A stretch of 63,642 nucleotides of DNA, counting the filler, from Craspedostauros australis (Eukaryota): the NCBI GenBank assembly GCA_030167865.1. It is 10 parts of 10 records of this genome, joined end to end, with 100 filler letters (N's around TTAATTAATTAA, not from the genome) between each part and the next. Parts side by side here need not be neighbours in the genome. Positions count along the whole stretch, not along the records: positions 39,680 to 51,752 come from JALAGF010000505.1; positions 51,853 to 54,344 come from JALAGF010000506.1; positions 54,445 to 56,693 come from JALAGF010000507.1; positions 56,794 to 58,826 come from JALAGF010000508.1; positions 58,927 to 61,578 come from JALAGF010000510.1; 5 more parts are not named here. One strand, written 5' to 3'. Made by a program: the position numbers and the translations under genes. This document shows, one piece after another, positions 47,066-59,013 of the stretch. Each line of letters starts with the position of its first letter. Within the stretch, counting starts at the first letter, position 1. The notes beneath the pieces were generated by a model that was given only the letters and a program-made list of their open reading frames with translations, did no database searches and was not told the DNA's origin.

Positions 47066-49298
47066 GTGATGTGTTGTTCGTCTGTTGTCATTTTATGACA
47101 TGAGGACTCATGGTGTGATGGAGGACGATGCTCCATCGTGGTCGGACGCGGAGTGTTTGATTTCAATCCTTGCGTGCCTTCTGCGTGTCGCGGTGTGGAA
47201 GGAGTTGCTGCAGAACCGCTGATGCTTCCACCGACAACTTCGTTCCGTTGGATGTCACGACCATACCTTGGTCGGTGTTCGTCCTGCATTGCGTTTGTTG
47301 CTCTTCCAGTTGCTCTCATCGTCACTGTTGGCGCGGTATCGTTTTCATTTCTCTCGGCGTTATTTTCATCGTTTGGTCGCGACGAGGATGAAACGGTTCG
47401 TTGTACTGGTGCTTTCTATTTCGTTTGGTTGTCGTCATTGGACAGGCGATTGGTTGGCATTGTTTCACATACGTTTGGGTTTGCGTTTGTGATTGTTTCT
47501 GTGGCGTTCGCGGGTTTGGTGATGGGCGCAGAGCGATGCGTGAGAAACATTTGTTTTGGACGCAGTTTGTGAGGCGTTGCTTGATGTTCTCCAGGTGATA
47601 TTTCCTGCGTGTGATTTTGTAGGCTGCGTGACAAAGTCCGTGATGGTGATCGGGCTTTTATTTAATGCCTGAGGAAGGATTCAAGCCCCTGTTTGTCTCC
47701 TCGTGTTTACTGATCAGCGCACGCTAAGTATGATTGTTTATTATCAATTCGCCGTGACACAACGCAAGTTCTCCCGACAGAAGCCACATATGAGGCACGC
47801 TTATACGAAGTCCATTGGCGCTGGATTGATTTAAGTCTGTCGAAGGCCATGCTGGAGGCTTGTTCTTGCGCAAATGCTGTATGAGAGATCCGACATGGTA
47901 CTCAGCTGAACACAGCACACACAATCACGAGTAGGATACCCCTGTTTTTTGTTTTGGTCGCTGATCCACGAGTAGTCTCGCACATGAGCGATGGACAAAA
48001 GACAACAAACAACTGTGCGCAAGCGGAGCTCATTTGCCTAGTTCCAGTGTCCTCTCGCCCTTCACAATTCCCACATGCCTCTGTGCACTTCTCTACTCAT
48101 ACACCGCGCCTTGTCGTTCGTGGAGGGACGAGAGGAGGAAAAATCGAGACTGACATGTGGAGATAGTATGCGCCGTATGTGCGACCAGCGCAAGACCAGT
48201 GATGAAGAGCCTGAATCTCGCATGCATGATGGCTTTTGGATAAATTCGATAGAGACCGTACCGCAGAGAGAGAGAGAGAGAGAGAGTGGCGTGGCGCCCA
48301 GACACCGCACACACGAGAAGAACGCAAGTACCAATACGAGTACCTGATCCTTCGAAATTGAGTTCAGGATCATCCAAAGAAAGCGGACAAGTTGTCGCAA
48401 CCGCCAAAGCTGGTCAGGCGGTTGCCACCAAAGACAGCCTGCTCAAGAGTACGCCCCAACAATGTTTGCAATAATCAGTACTATATATTTGATAAAGTAG
48501 CATCGTGCTTTCGCTTCAAAAGTATTATATTGTAGATAGAATCGTGGAGCGAGAGTGGAGCAATAAGTGCAAATCCCGCATTTGCACAGAACTACAAGTC
48601 GTTGTGCATTTGATGATCCAAGTGGCCAAACAATGTTACATACAACATGGCATGCTCCACCATGTTCAGGGAGCATCCAGTGTAGAGGGAGATAGCAATG
48701 AATCACGACCTCCGTGCTGATCAATCGATGATAGCTTTCAATGCGCGGGAGGAGCGCCTTCAGAGCTTGGCTTGGTCACTGAGTCGGACAACGAACCAGT
48801 CCTGAGACGGTCGTTTTTGTGGGGGTTGGCCATCTCGACATACTCTTACAGTTACAAAGCCGTTATTTCGCCCGCAAGAAGATTGATCAATTTCGAGCGG
48901 CGAAATTGGCCTCGAAGTGCGGTGCATAGTTTGGCAACCGATCACCAGCCTGTCGCGTGGATCCTCTCCTTTGTGTCCCCATTTGCGAGGATGATGTGCC
49001 TTAGATCACCAATTTGAGATGGAGCGCAAGTGGAGCGCCGGCTCCGTTCGTCCTTTCATCCAACGGAAGCGATGCATGGAGAGACACTGGCCCTCCGTCT
49101 GCTGATACACCAGAAACGCGAAGAAATGGGCGCATGATGGATCGGCAGAGATGACAGTTCATATACTCTTGGGTACGAGTAGGCAGGGGACGTGTGGTAG
49201 AATATGTATTAGAATATATGATAGAATACTTGACATGATTGGCATTATTGTACAATTCCATCCCGTCCGCAACGAGCGGGTTGGCATGCGAGATCATA

Positions 49299-49844
49299 TT
49301 ACTGCAGGAGGCCGAGGAAGTCAACCCAAGGCGTCCACGTTCCTCGCTCAGTGTAGTGGGCTTCCGGATCCGACGGCACCATGCAGTTGCACTTTTCACC
49401 TTGGTCTATCCAGTTCTCCCACTCCGCCTTCGTTTCCCACATGTTCTGCGCACAGACCCACTGCTTGCACTGTTCGTAGTTGTAGAAGCACGCCCGGCGT
49501 TTCGGGATGCTCTGCTGCCAATCTTGCTGGAGGCGCTCGCGCTCGACAAAGATGTTGAGCTGGTGGGACCAGTCATCGACGAGAGGTTCGGGCGACGATG
49601 ATGTGGTGAAGCGCTGCTGCTCTTCCTCCTGGCTTTTGCTTTCGTCTTTTTGTGAGAATAATTGGTTGGTATTCATTTTTCGGTAACCTCTGACGTGAGT
49701 GTGGCCATTGTGGGAATTGGCGCAATGCCGACAAATCGGTTTTATGGAGACGAATGCGTTACTTGTGGTAAGAGACGCGGAGATTGCAACGAGAGGTATG
49801 AGGAGTGCTCGCATGGCTCTTGAGATCAGGGCCACCATGATCAT
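49299..49844 (-). CDS. Small, probably plastid-targeted protein with one C-terminal integrase-repeat-like unit
   Basis: Signal ending LTTSNA-FVS and a basic transit-like region. C-terminal YEQCKQWV...TKAEWENW...VPSDPEAHY...WTPWVDFLG resembles the P..P...Y...W..W.DFLG repeat unit. Start Met uncertain. Confidence 0.72.
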   Translation of the reverse strand: MIMVALISRAMRALLIPLVAISASLTTSNAFVSIKPICRHCANSHNGHTHVRGYRKMNTNQLFSQKDESKSQEEEQQRFTTSSSPEPLVDDWSHQLNIFVERERLQQDWQQSIPKRRACFYNYEQCKQWVCAQNMWETKAEWENWIDQGEKCNCMVPSDPEAHYTERGTWTPWVDFLGLLQ

Positions 49845-49957
49845 CACTCGCTGTCTGTTATCTGCTATCTGCTATCTCTCTGTCTCTTGTTTGATGCATT
49901 GAAACGAAGACTGCGTGCACTCGTGTATTCTCCAATTTTGTTTCTTCTGGTTCTGCC

Positions 49958-50000
49958 TTGGTTTGGTTTGGCTTGGCTTGGCTTGGCTTGGCTTGGCTTG
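49958..50000. repeat. Pentanucleotide microsatellite (TTGGT/TTGGC)x~8
   Basis: Directly visible. Confidence 0.9.
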
Positions 50001-51852
50001 ATGGCTGCCGATTGTTATGAACATAATTTTGGATCAGAGCACTGACGATACTGTTGCGGAGTGGACGGACGTGAAGGAATTGTCCGTTGATAGACGACAG
50101 CTGACGTAAGTTTAGGAATGATCGCTCTATCGAGTTGGATTGGCCTGCTTGTACCCAACTCTGCCATTCCACCTGTTCGGCGGTGGCGAGTTGATTTGGT
50201 GTTGACGTCGTGTGGTGATCAGCGCAATAGTGATTGCCGGCATTGTCGCTGCGGGTATCATTCTGTGGCATGTTGGTGCAGCCCGGCTCGCACACACACA
50301 CTAGAATGATATCATGCCATACTCGTGGAGCAGCATCGTCTTCGTACGGGTGTGCAGTCAAGTACTACAAAGGAGTACGGTGAACTCTGATGGGATATCT
50401 GTGGAGTGACGACAAGAAGATCGTGTGACATGATGTTGTGGACGATGGTGATGGCCAGGAAGAGAACGGAAAATGAAAGAAGAGACGAAAGATGGGAACA
50501 CGGTGGGGCCATGTGTCGTCATGGTCGGAATGGGTGCCATCCGCGTGACACGGGGCTGATTGAAATGCGGTGTTGTCTTCGTCCCACGGGATGGTTGCGT
50601 GGTGAGCTCGTGTCCGATGAGGCAGTTGCAGAGCGATCCGTCGTCGCTGTGGGTGTTGGAGATCTTGAGTGTCCGCGTTCGTGTGGATATCCATAAAGAA
50701 ATTCGTCCACGATAAAAGTCCAAAATTAGAGGCCTATCGCATTTCACATTCACACCCCTGTGTTCATGTCACATGTGGCACTCACGTTCGGATTTCACAT
50801 TGGTACTCGTGACTCGTTCGTGACCTACACAGGAAGACGACCAACATGACTGAATCGGCTTCTCTTCTGTAGAATAGAGTTCGAGTTTAGACTACTATGA
50901 GCTGAATGCTTCGTTGCAGGTTATCGCATCACTTGTTGAGACCAAAGGATGGTAGGATCGTTAATGGGTGTGCTCTGAGTTGCACGCAACGCACATCCCT
51001 CTTTCTCCTCTTAGGAGCTTTGTGTTGTGAGAGTTGCGCTGCCATCTCTTCTGTCTCAACTTTGCCACTAACAGAGGTCCGGTAACATATGCGCAAGCAT
51101 GTTATCCCTGATAATTCATGGCTTGTTCAAGGATCTGTTGCCAATATCGACGACAGAGACCTCTTGATCACCGTATCATGGAGATAGATCAGCAGGTTGT
51201 TGTCCAATAGAAGCTCTTCACGCAGTCTACACAGAACTATTGCGATTGCATGTTGGGTTGGTTGGAGACCACCAACGACTTCCAAGATGGCAGTCAGGAT
51301 CTCCAAAGCATGCAAAATTTGCGTTGGTAGAAGTCCCTGGTCGTATCTGACGACACTAGTCCTCAGAGCATCAGGAACACGCCGCGGATGTTGTATCGGG
51401 TGAAATAGGATATGAGCAAAGATTCCTCAGCTGGATCATGAAGGGGGCCTTTGCTACTTGCGCGCAGATATCATATGTGAAGCTTACAGGCATATTCGAC
51501 ATCGTAATCGCTCTCTATCGCTCCATGCACCCCTCATTCGTAATGCTAGTTTCATCATCACTAGCATTTCAAAAAATTATCAACAGCACGACAAGGACGA
51601 CTCAAAATTGCTGCAAATGAAGAGAAATGATTGGTCGTTGGTTTCGTTCCAACACGTGGAAGGTTGGATTGCCGGGACTGCGATGTGAAACTCAATTGTG
51701 TTTTTGGCTCCTAAAACGCAATCGAGTTTCACTTTCCGAGGGGGAAGTTCGCNNNNNNNNNNNNNNNNNNNNNNNNNNNNNNNNNNNNNNNNNNNNTTAA
51801 TTAATTAANNNNNNNNNNNNNNNNNNNNNNNNNNNNNNNNNNNNNNNNNNNN

Positions 51853-54344
51853 CGTATCAGTACCAACACCAAAAGGGAAACCGGTCCAAATCACGTGTTA
51901 CGTGGACGCCGACCATGGCCATGACCAGGTCACACGAAAGTCCATGACGGGTGTGGTACTATTGATCAACAACACCATCGTCAAGACCATCTGCAAGCGA
52001 CAGAACACAGTGGAGACATCCACCTACGGGTCCGAATTGGTAGCAGCCAGGATAGCTACCGAGGCGGTCACAGGTCTGCGATACATGCTGAGAGACCTCG
52101 GAGTCCCCATCGACGGACCGGCAATCATGCTCGGAGACAACAAAGCGGTGGTACTCAATACCACGGTCCCATCCTCAACGTTGAAGAAGAAACACTGTTC
52201 ATTGGCTTTCCACCAAATCCGGGAATGCATCGCCGCTGGAATCATCGTGTTCGCCCATATTGCGTCAGTTGACAACATCGCCGACATACTAACCAAGCCT
52301 CTTTCCAAAACACCATTCCACCACATCACGTCAAGAACGATATTCCGGAACTCAATCCATGAGTCCGGATACCACAGCGAAACCATATTACAAGCCATAA
52401 CAAAGAGCAGGACGACCAGAGCAGAAGATGACCCCGAGCTAATGGCCACGGAAACGCAAGAACCACCACCACCGAAGGAAGAACACACTATGAGCGTAAA
52501 CATGGCGAGGTATCAACAGACCTCCATGAAATACAGCCCNACATCGAAAACCCTTCGGCTAACCAGAACCCAACGAGAACCGAACCCCCTCGAAANGGCA
52601 CAAAGGAAATCACCCAGAACCATCAAGCGCACCAAGAGCACACCGGCCTCGCCCAACCGCCAACAGACGCGAAATTTCAGTGTCGTATACGACATGACTG
52701 ACAACCGTACCACGAATCAGAACCACGAGCCAGCCGGTGCGCCAACCGACAAATTCTTGATCCGGCGTGGTGACACACCACCATCAGCCCTCACCGACGA
52801 ATTCAGCACATTCTCGAGTATCAACCCCTCATGTGGAAGCGACGTCCTCTACTACCCAAGAGACATGCTGGAGACAGGGCCCATCATGCCAAGGAACCAA
52901 TCACACGTCGCCACANNNNNNNNNNNNNNNNNNNNNNNNNNNNNNNNCACCATGCCAGCCATCAAAGAAGGCAACTGTGAAACTTCCTTCCACACGGGCC
53001 TGACACCTCGGGCTTTCGTCACACCTGAGCACGAAACATACAGGTGCGACATGCTGATCGCTGATCTCCAAGAAGACCTGGCACGGAATGCGACCGCACC
53101 CTCTATTGCATTCCGCGACATGAACATGCTTTCACCACAAAAACGGAGCCGTCACAACCAGGGCCCCGGACACAACCTCTCCCCATTCCAGACGAGGACA
53201 CGCAAGATGACATTCCCGAAGTACACCCCGTTCTACAAGGGCATCCATTGTCCCGTCCCCGGATCCAGAGTGCTATACCCCGCAGGAAAGAAGGGACCCT
53301 TCCAAGGAATCGTCGTCGGATACAGTGGCCGCAGAGTCCGAATCTTCTGCACGAAGGGAAACGAGAACACACCAGCCGGCCGTGTTTCCCACGTAGAGAA
53401 ACAATCCATCTACCCCCTCACCCTCTCCGAGTACCTGGATGACAACCTCCAAACCACCGAGGTCCTCAGCATCGCCATAGCCGATGGCCAGTGCTTCTAC
53501 CCCGCTCAAGACGGCGCATGGGCCGAACCAACCGACGAGTTCCGCGCGACCATGCGGAAGCCATCCATATGCCACTTCTTCAAGGTGAGGAAGAACCGGA
53601 TCCCAATCATCCTCACACGGGCAAGGAAGGCACGAATGGTCCGGAAACAAAGCGACACCCTCGCCACCAACTTCGCACGAGAGAAGAAAGCACTCGCGAA
53701 CGAGCCTTTTCCCCCTCCCGATGATGATGAGATGGTCAATGGGATACCATCCCTCGAAGATACCCATCCCAGTCTCAAAGAGGGAGAGACACCAGAAGGC
53801 AGGTTCCTGGATGAGATCCCCGATGGATTCTTCGACGAGAAGATGACCGCAGAAGAAGCCAGCCACCAGGAGTATGAATCAGAGGCGCACCACGATGGAG
53901 ACCAAGAATCGCAGGACCCAGGAAGTGTGATTGACGTGGAAGCAGAGATCGCGAGTGGAGCGGTGATCAGCCATCCCAGACCTCCCATCAGACGATCATC
54001 ACGACCATCACCGGCGTCCAAAATCTTGACCGCCACGCGAGATGGACAAGGGTATACCGACAAGGTACGCCCAAAGCCCATGATCCCAACCGACCATTCC
54101 GTGGACAGCGCGTCCATCCCAGAGCCCGGCGACAGTGACGATTCTGGGTCCATCTACCGACCAGAAGGCAAGCCGATCAAACGGAACCAAGCGTCGCGAC
54201 GACCCAGCTCTGGAGCCAGCAGCAAGCAAAGCAATCGCCCCAAAAGAGAGGGGCTCTTCAACGAATCCGAGGACTCCACCATTTCCTCGGGAATGTCGGG
54301 AATCAAGACGATCAAACAGGTCAGGTCCGCCAAGAAAACCACGA
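51853..54344 (+). mobile_element. Ty1/copia pol fragment: complete RNase H (about 51880-52330) followed by a long in-frame extension; truncated at both contig ends
   Basis: YVDADHGHDQVTRKSMTG, KRQNTVETSTYGSELVAARIATE, LGDNKAVV, STLKKKH and NIADILTKPL. No stop to the contig end in the ORF track, but the frame crosses single Ns and a 32-N gap. Confidence 0.9.
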
Positions 54345-55188
54345 NNNNNNNNNNNNNNNNNNNNNNNNNNNNNNNNNNNNNNNNNNNNTTAATTAATTAA
54401 NNNNNNNNNNNNNNNNNNNNNNNNNNNNNNNNNNNNNNNNNNNNCGCGCTTTGTTCTCCTTCGCTGGTTCTCTGTCAGTCACGTAATCATGTTCTGGGTT
54501 CCGAGCGACTCAACTGTGATAGCGCATTCGCATAGATGTTTCAGGTTAACCGGTCAACCCTCATGCTTGGAACACTTTGGTGTTCCAGTCTCCCTTTTAC
54601 ATCCATCGTTCGCCATGCCAGTTCGTCAATCCACTCAAACCATGTCTCACGATTAGTCTGTCCGTCGTCCGTCATACTCTTGACACACAGAGGAGGAGGT
54701 CCACAATNGACTTGGGAGNGTGTCCGACTTTGATAGATCGGTCAGTCTAATTTTGGTATTATGGGAGGTGCGGCAATCTAGGATAATACGACATAGTCGC
54801 ACCCTCGATTCCTGACAGACACCATCCGGCAAGATCGTCTGAATAGTACTACTCAAGGACTGACTTCGTCTTGCGTTGAGCCGTAACTGTTCTGTGTGTT
54901 TCTAGATTAAGATGTATCATTGATGCTGGATCTATTGGGTGTGACATAAACCAGGAACAATCAGAAAAATGACGTGGCAGCGATGTGTTTCGAAATGTGA
55001 TCATTCGTGACACGGTGGGAGGCAATCTGCGCAAGAGAGACTGCTGCACCGTTCAGGATCTTGACCTTGCACTTGAAGGGATCACAATGAAAGATGAAAT
55101 TGCGATTGATGAAATGAGAGTGATTCTAAAACGATCGAATACATGTAGAAATTGCCGTAACTTCGTGACACCTATTTCGTACTCCTCC

Positions 55189-56670
55189 TCAAGGCTTCAC
55201 CCTCTTCACACGAAGCTTGGTATCGGCGTACTTCAATAACATGAAAAAGAATAAGTTGCCTTCCTCCACTTCTTCGAACTCATACTTGGACAAGATTCTT
55301 GACAATATCAAGTAGAGCTCAGCGATTGCCATCGATCGACCAGGACAGTCGCGGTTGCCCAAGGCGAATCCCAGGATGCTGTGTGTCATTTCCTTGGTCG
55401 GATTCTTCCATCGACCAGGTTTGAACTGCCCAGCATCTTCGAACACCATCCCGTCTCGGTGGGCCGTGATCTGTGGAAGAAACACAGAGGCGCCTTTCGG
55501 AATCTTGACCTTGCGGTTGGAGGGTTCATCGAAAAAGATGAAATCACGGCCGGTGAAGCGAGCCGACCCCATTGCAGCAACAGGGATCACTCGTTGAGAT
55601 TCGGTGATCACACGCTTGAGATGATCCTTGGATTGTGTCGGATCACCCTGCAACAACGATTGCTGCAGGTCTTTCATCTCCTTCGGGTGTTTTGCAAGCA
55701 ACGTAATGGTGCTGGCGAGTGTGTATCCCGTCGTCTCGAAACCACCAATGAGCCAAATAAGTAGCTCCGCAACCTTCTCTTCATCGGACATATCGTACGG
55801 ATTGGACTCAACCACTTTGATCACAGTGGTGCTCTCCGACTTGTTGGGATTCTTGCGGTAAGCTTCCAAGACCGTCTTCACGAAGCCCCTCAAGTGGGAG
55901 CTGCATTTGTGCGCTGCCCATACTTCTGGGATCAGAAAACCGAATACCTTCCGCAAGGGATTAGTAGCTTGACGGAAAGTGAGTTCAATGGCAGCCACCT
56001 CAAAGTTGGACGCGAACGAGTCGAAGTCTTCGGAAGTCGACTTGTATTCGAAGGCCGCCTCCATGATGGTCTTGAATACGATCCCTGTTAGTTCGAAAGA
56101 TGGATCGAATGTGGCATCAGTATCCACTATCTTCTCGAGGAACTCTGTTTCCCATTCTTCGACATACTTCGTGCAGATGGATTTCATCCGGTTGATATCC
56201 GAAGAGGAAAATGAGTGTGAGACGCTCTTCCTCATCTTCTTGAAGAGAGGGCTGAATGTTGAGCGCGAAATCATTTGTTTGCGTCCCATGATACTGTCGA
56301 AATTCGAATAGAGTTGCAACGGCTTGTCAGTCGTCTTGTCAAGCATAACCTCGCGCTGATCTTTCGCAGCGCAGAGCACGTACGTGCCACCACGGATCGG
56401 GAGGTTGTGTTGGAAGATAGACGATCCCAAGGATTCTTGCAGCTGGAGATGCCACCATGGTGCTTCGGATGATCCAAACATCTTGACGGACTCCATGATC
56501 CCAGCAGGACTCTTCGCAGGGGCATCCTTGGCGGGTGGTCTGCTCAAGACGACGACAACCCATCCCACCGCAAGTGCCAATGAGATGACGATCGCATCTG
56601 CGATGTTGTCTCGCAATGCCATTGCCAAGTCAAAGTCCATCAACGTGTCTGTCGTTGTTGTTGTGTTCAT
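55189..56670 (-). CDS. Cytochrome P450, ER-anchored, intronless (493 aa)
   Basis: N-terminal TM plus Pro hinge, I-helix GGFETT, K-helix ESQR, FKPGRW and haem motif FALGNRDCPG. Confidence 0.96.
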   Translation of the reverse strand: MNTTTTTDTLMDFDLAMALRDNIADAIVISLALAVGWVVVVLSRPPAKDAPAKSPAGIMESVKMFGSSEAPWWHLQLQESLGSSIFQHNLPIRGGTYVLCAAKDQREVMLDKTTDKPLQLYSNFDSIMGRKQMISRSTFSPLFKKMRKSVSHSFSSSDINRMKSICTKYVEEWETEFLEKIVDTDATFDPSFELTGIVFKTIMEAAFEYKSTSEDFDSFASNFEVAAIELTFRQATNPLRKVFGFLIPEVWAAHKCSSHLRGFVKTVLEAYRKNPNKSESTTVIKVVESNPYDMSDEEKVAELLIWLIGGFETTGYTLASTITLLAKHPKEMKDLQQSLLQGDPTQSKDHLKRVITESQRVIPVAAMGSARFTGRDFIFFDEPSNRKVKIPKGASVFLPQITAHRDGMVFEDAGQFKPGRWKNPTKEMTHSILGFALGNRDCPGRSMAIAELYLILSRILSKYEFEEVEEGNLFFFMLLKYADTKLRVKRVKP

Positions 56671-56793
56671 CGTTGCAATTCAGATCGTGTGATNNNNNNN
56701 NNNNNNNNNNNNNNNNNNNNNNNNNNNNNNNNNNNNNTTAATTAATTAANNNNNNNNNNNNNNNNNNNNNNNNNNNNNNNNNNNNNNNNNNNN

Positions 56794-57386
56794 ACGAGGT
56801 ACTCATCCATCCATGATTTGGTGGAGTACCTCAACGCTCCCAGTGATTCCAGGGTTGGAGGTTGGAAGGTTCGTGGGAACAGCTGCTTGGCCATGGCTTG
56901 GACCATGGATGTCATCATGTTCCCGATGATGGCATGGATATCGAATTCGCTTGACTTGTCGGATCGTGAGTGTAGGTCTGAATTGTCCGTGCCATCACTG
57001 TTGGGAGAAGCGACGAATTGGAGTGTGGTTGGTGTCGCAGTTTCTTGGCCGTTGACGAAGGAGTGTCGCCATGCCGCCATGTCGCAACCAACCTCGTTGA
57101 TCTCAGGTCGGTGGTTGAGGATGTTTGGAAGCTGCGATGCGTGGACGGCGGTTGCTGCAGATTGATGTCGGTGATGGTGATGGTGATGATCACCACCACC
57201 ACAGTCAGCAGTTGCAACAGGAGTGTCGCCTGTTCCTGCGATAATCCGCGGCATAGCTTCCATGGCTGGATTGTCTCGAATCGACATGCGCCGTCGGGTG
57301 TGCTGAGGGGCAGTGACATGGAATGCTGCAACTGTAGCCGCCAACAAGAGCAGCAGCGCTAGCGATAATAGAGTCTGCGAGGTCAT
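56794..57386 (-). CDS. Hypothetical signal-peptide protein (possible plastid presequence TVAA-F) with His tract; 3'-truncated at contig end
   Basis: MTSQTLLSLALLLLLAATVAAFHV, then a low-complexity body with HHHHHHRH. No stop before the linker. Confidence 0.6.
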
Positions 57387-59013
57387 CGTGGCTGTTTGGT
57401 GATCTTGGAGTAGACTAGCTGCTGTCCTCGCGCGCGCGGGTATGATGAGAGTATGGTATAGTGAGATCTCGTGCGATGATAGCACTTGAGATGACTGGTT
57501 GTGTTGTTGCTGGTGATGGATATATGAGATGAAACGATGAGAATGAGCTGTACGCGCTCATTCTGCCCTATTCTATTGAGGCTCAATGTCCGAGTAACTT
57601 CCATTTCATGTTGGTACCCATCGGTCGAGGCTGCTCCAAGCACTTTACATTCGTCTTGTTCGGCCAGAATGTGTGCTAGAAAGCGCTCCACCATACACAT
57701 CGGCACCTATTGTGCTGCGCATGCACGGACGCTATGTGTATCCAACTGCTTCTTCGGCGATGTTGTGGGCGGTAGTGCTGTGGATATTGTGCGCAAGAAA
57801 CGAGAGTGCTCATGAACTTGGGGTAGTTCGTCGACGAGCAGATGGCACAAGTTGTTCCGTGCATCTCGTTTGTGCGTTTTGGGCGCCGGTTCACGTCTCA
57901 TGTTCTGGTGAGACGGAGTAGCTCCACTTCGCATCCTGCCTATCTTGGCTCGTGCTCTGCTATCTATGCATCGGCGAATAAAGGAAGACTTGTATTCGCT
58001 GGCTCTCATTCCACCTTCGATTCGTCCCAGGCGTCTGAGAGCCCCGTCGTCGATCGCAGTGGCGTGCCATCTCCAACGTCGGCTTTGTCCGTCGATGTTG
58101 GGTTGGCGTAGCATTTCAGGCGGTCCTCTCCCATCCGCTGTTGTTGCTGTGAGGTTTGGAACTGTACGCCTTCCACATGTCGATGCCCGCCAAAATCAAC
58201 TTCTCCACTCGCTGCACCTTTCATCTTCCTTGATGGTAGATTTCGACCTTCGTCTTGTATCTTGCCGGTACTCAGATGAGACAAATTCATGGTACAGGTG
58301 CAGTGCAGGGAAGTATTACGATGTGCTTCATGGCGGTATCGCAGCGGAGTCGTGCGTTTCTCTGCAATTCGTTTTTGTGCTTCTGGGCGGCCTCATAGCT
58401 CGCATTCGCGGAGCATCTGCCATTTCCTCGGAACGGTATCACTCCATCATGAAATCATCTCGAATTGTCGCTTGATTCATTGTTGCCTGTGGCTCCAGAT
58501 TTGCCAGATGCTGCAAGAGAGGACATTAATCTCGGCCCAAATGCGGCGCTCTCTTTTCCTATCCAGCACACCGCGTCCGAATGTAACGGGAGGAGAGGGT
58601 TTCGAACTGGAACACTCTTGCAAGATCCAGTTTTAGATTGTGGTGGCCCCACATGTTCCTATCATGCTCCAGTTGGGCTCTATCGATTGATTGTCCGTTA
58701 TCACATCAATAGCAGATCCAGAGTGTTTCCATGCAACCAAGGCCAAAAGAGAGAGCACGGGGCAACGAGCCCGAAATCGCTGGTGGACCAGGGAACGTTG
58801 CCAGGAGGTATTCACATGCGCAAAGCNNNNNNNNNNNNNNNNNNNNNNNNNNNNNNNNNNNNNNNNNNNNTTAATTAATTAANNNNNNNNNNNNNNNNNN
58901 NNNNNNNNNNNNNNNNNNNNNNNNNNCCTCCAAAGATACACCAACTTTCCTCCACTTCAGTACTCCTCCAAGTATCACAACCAACTTGCCCACCACCAAC
59001 ATTCCTCTTCGCC

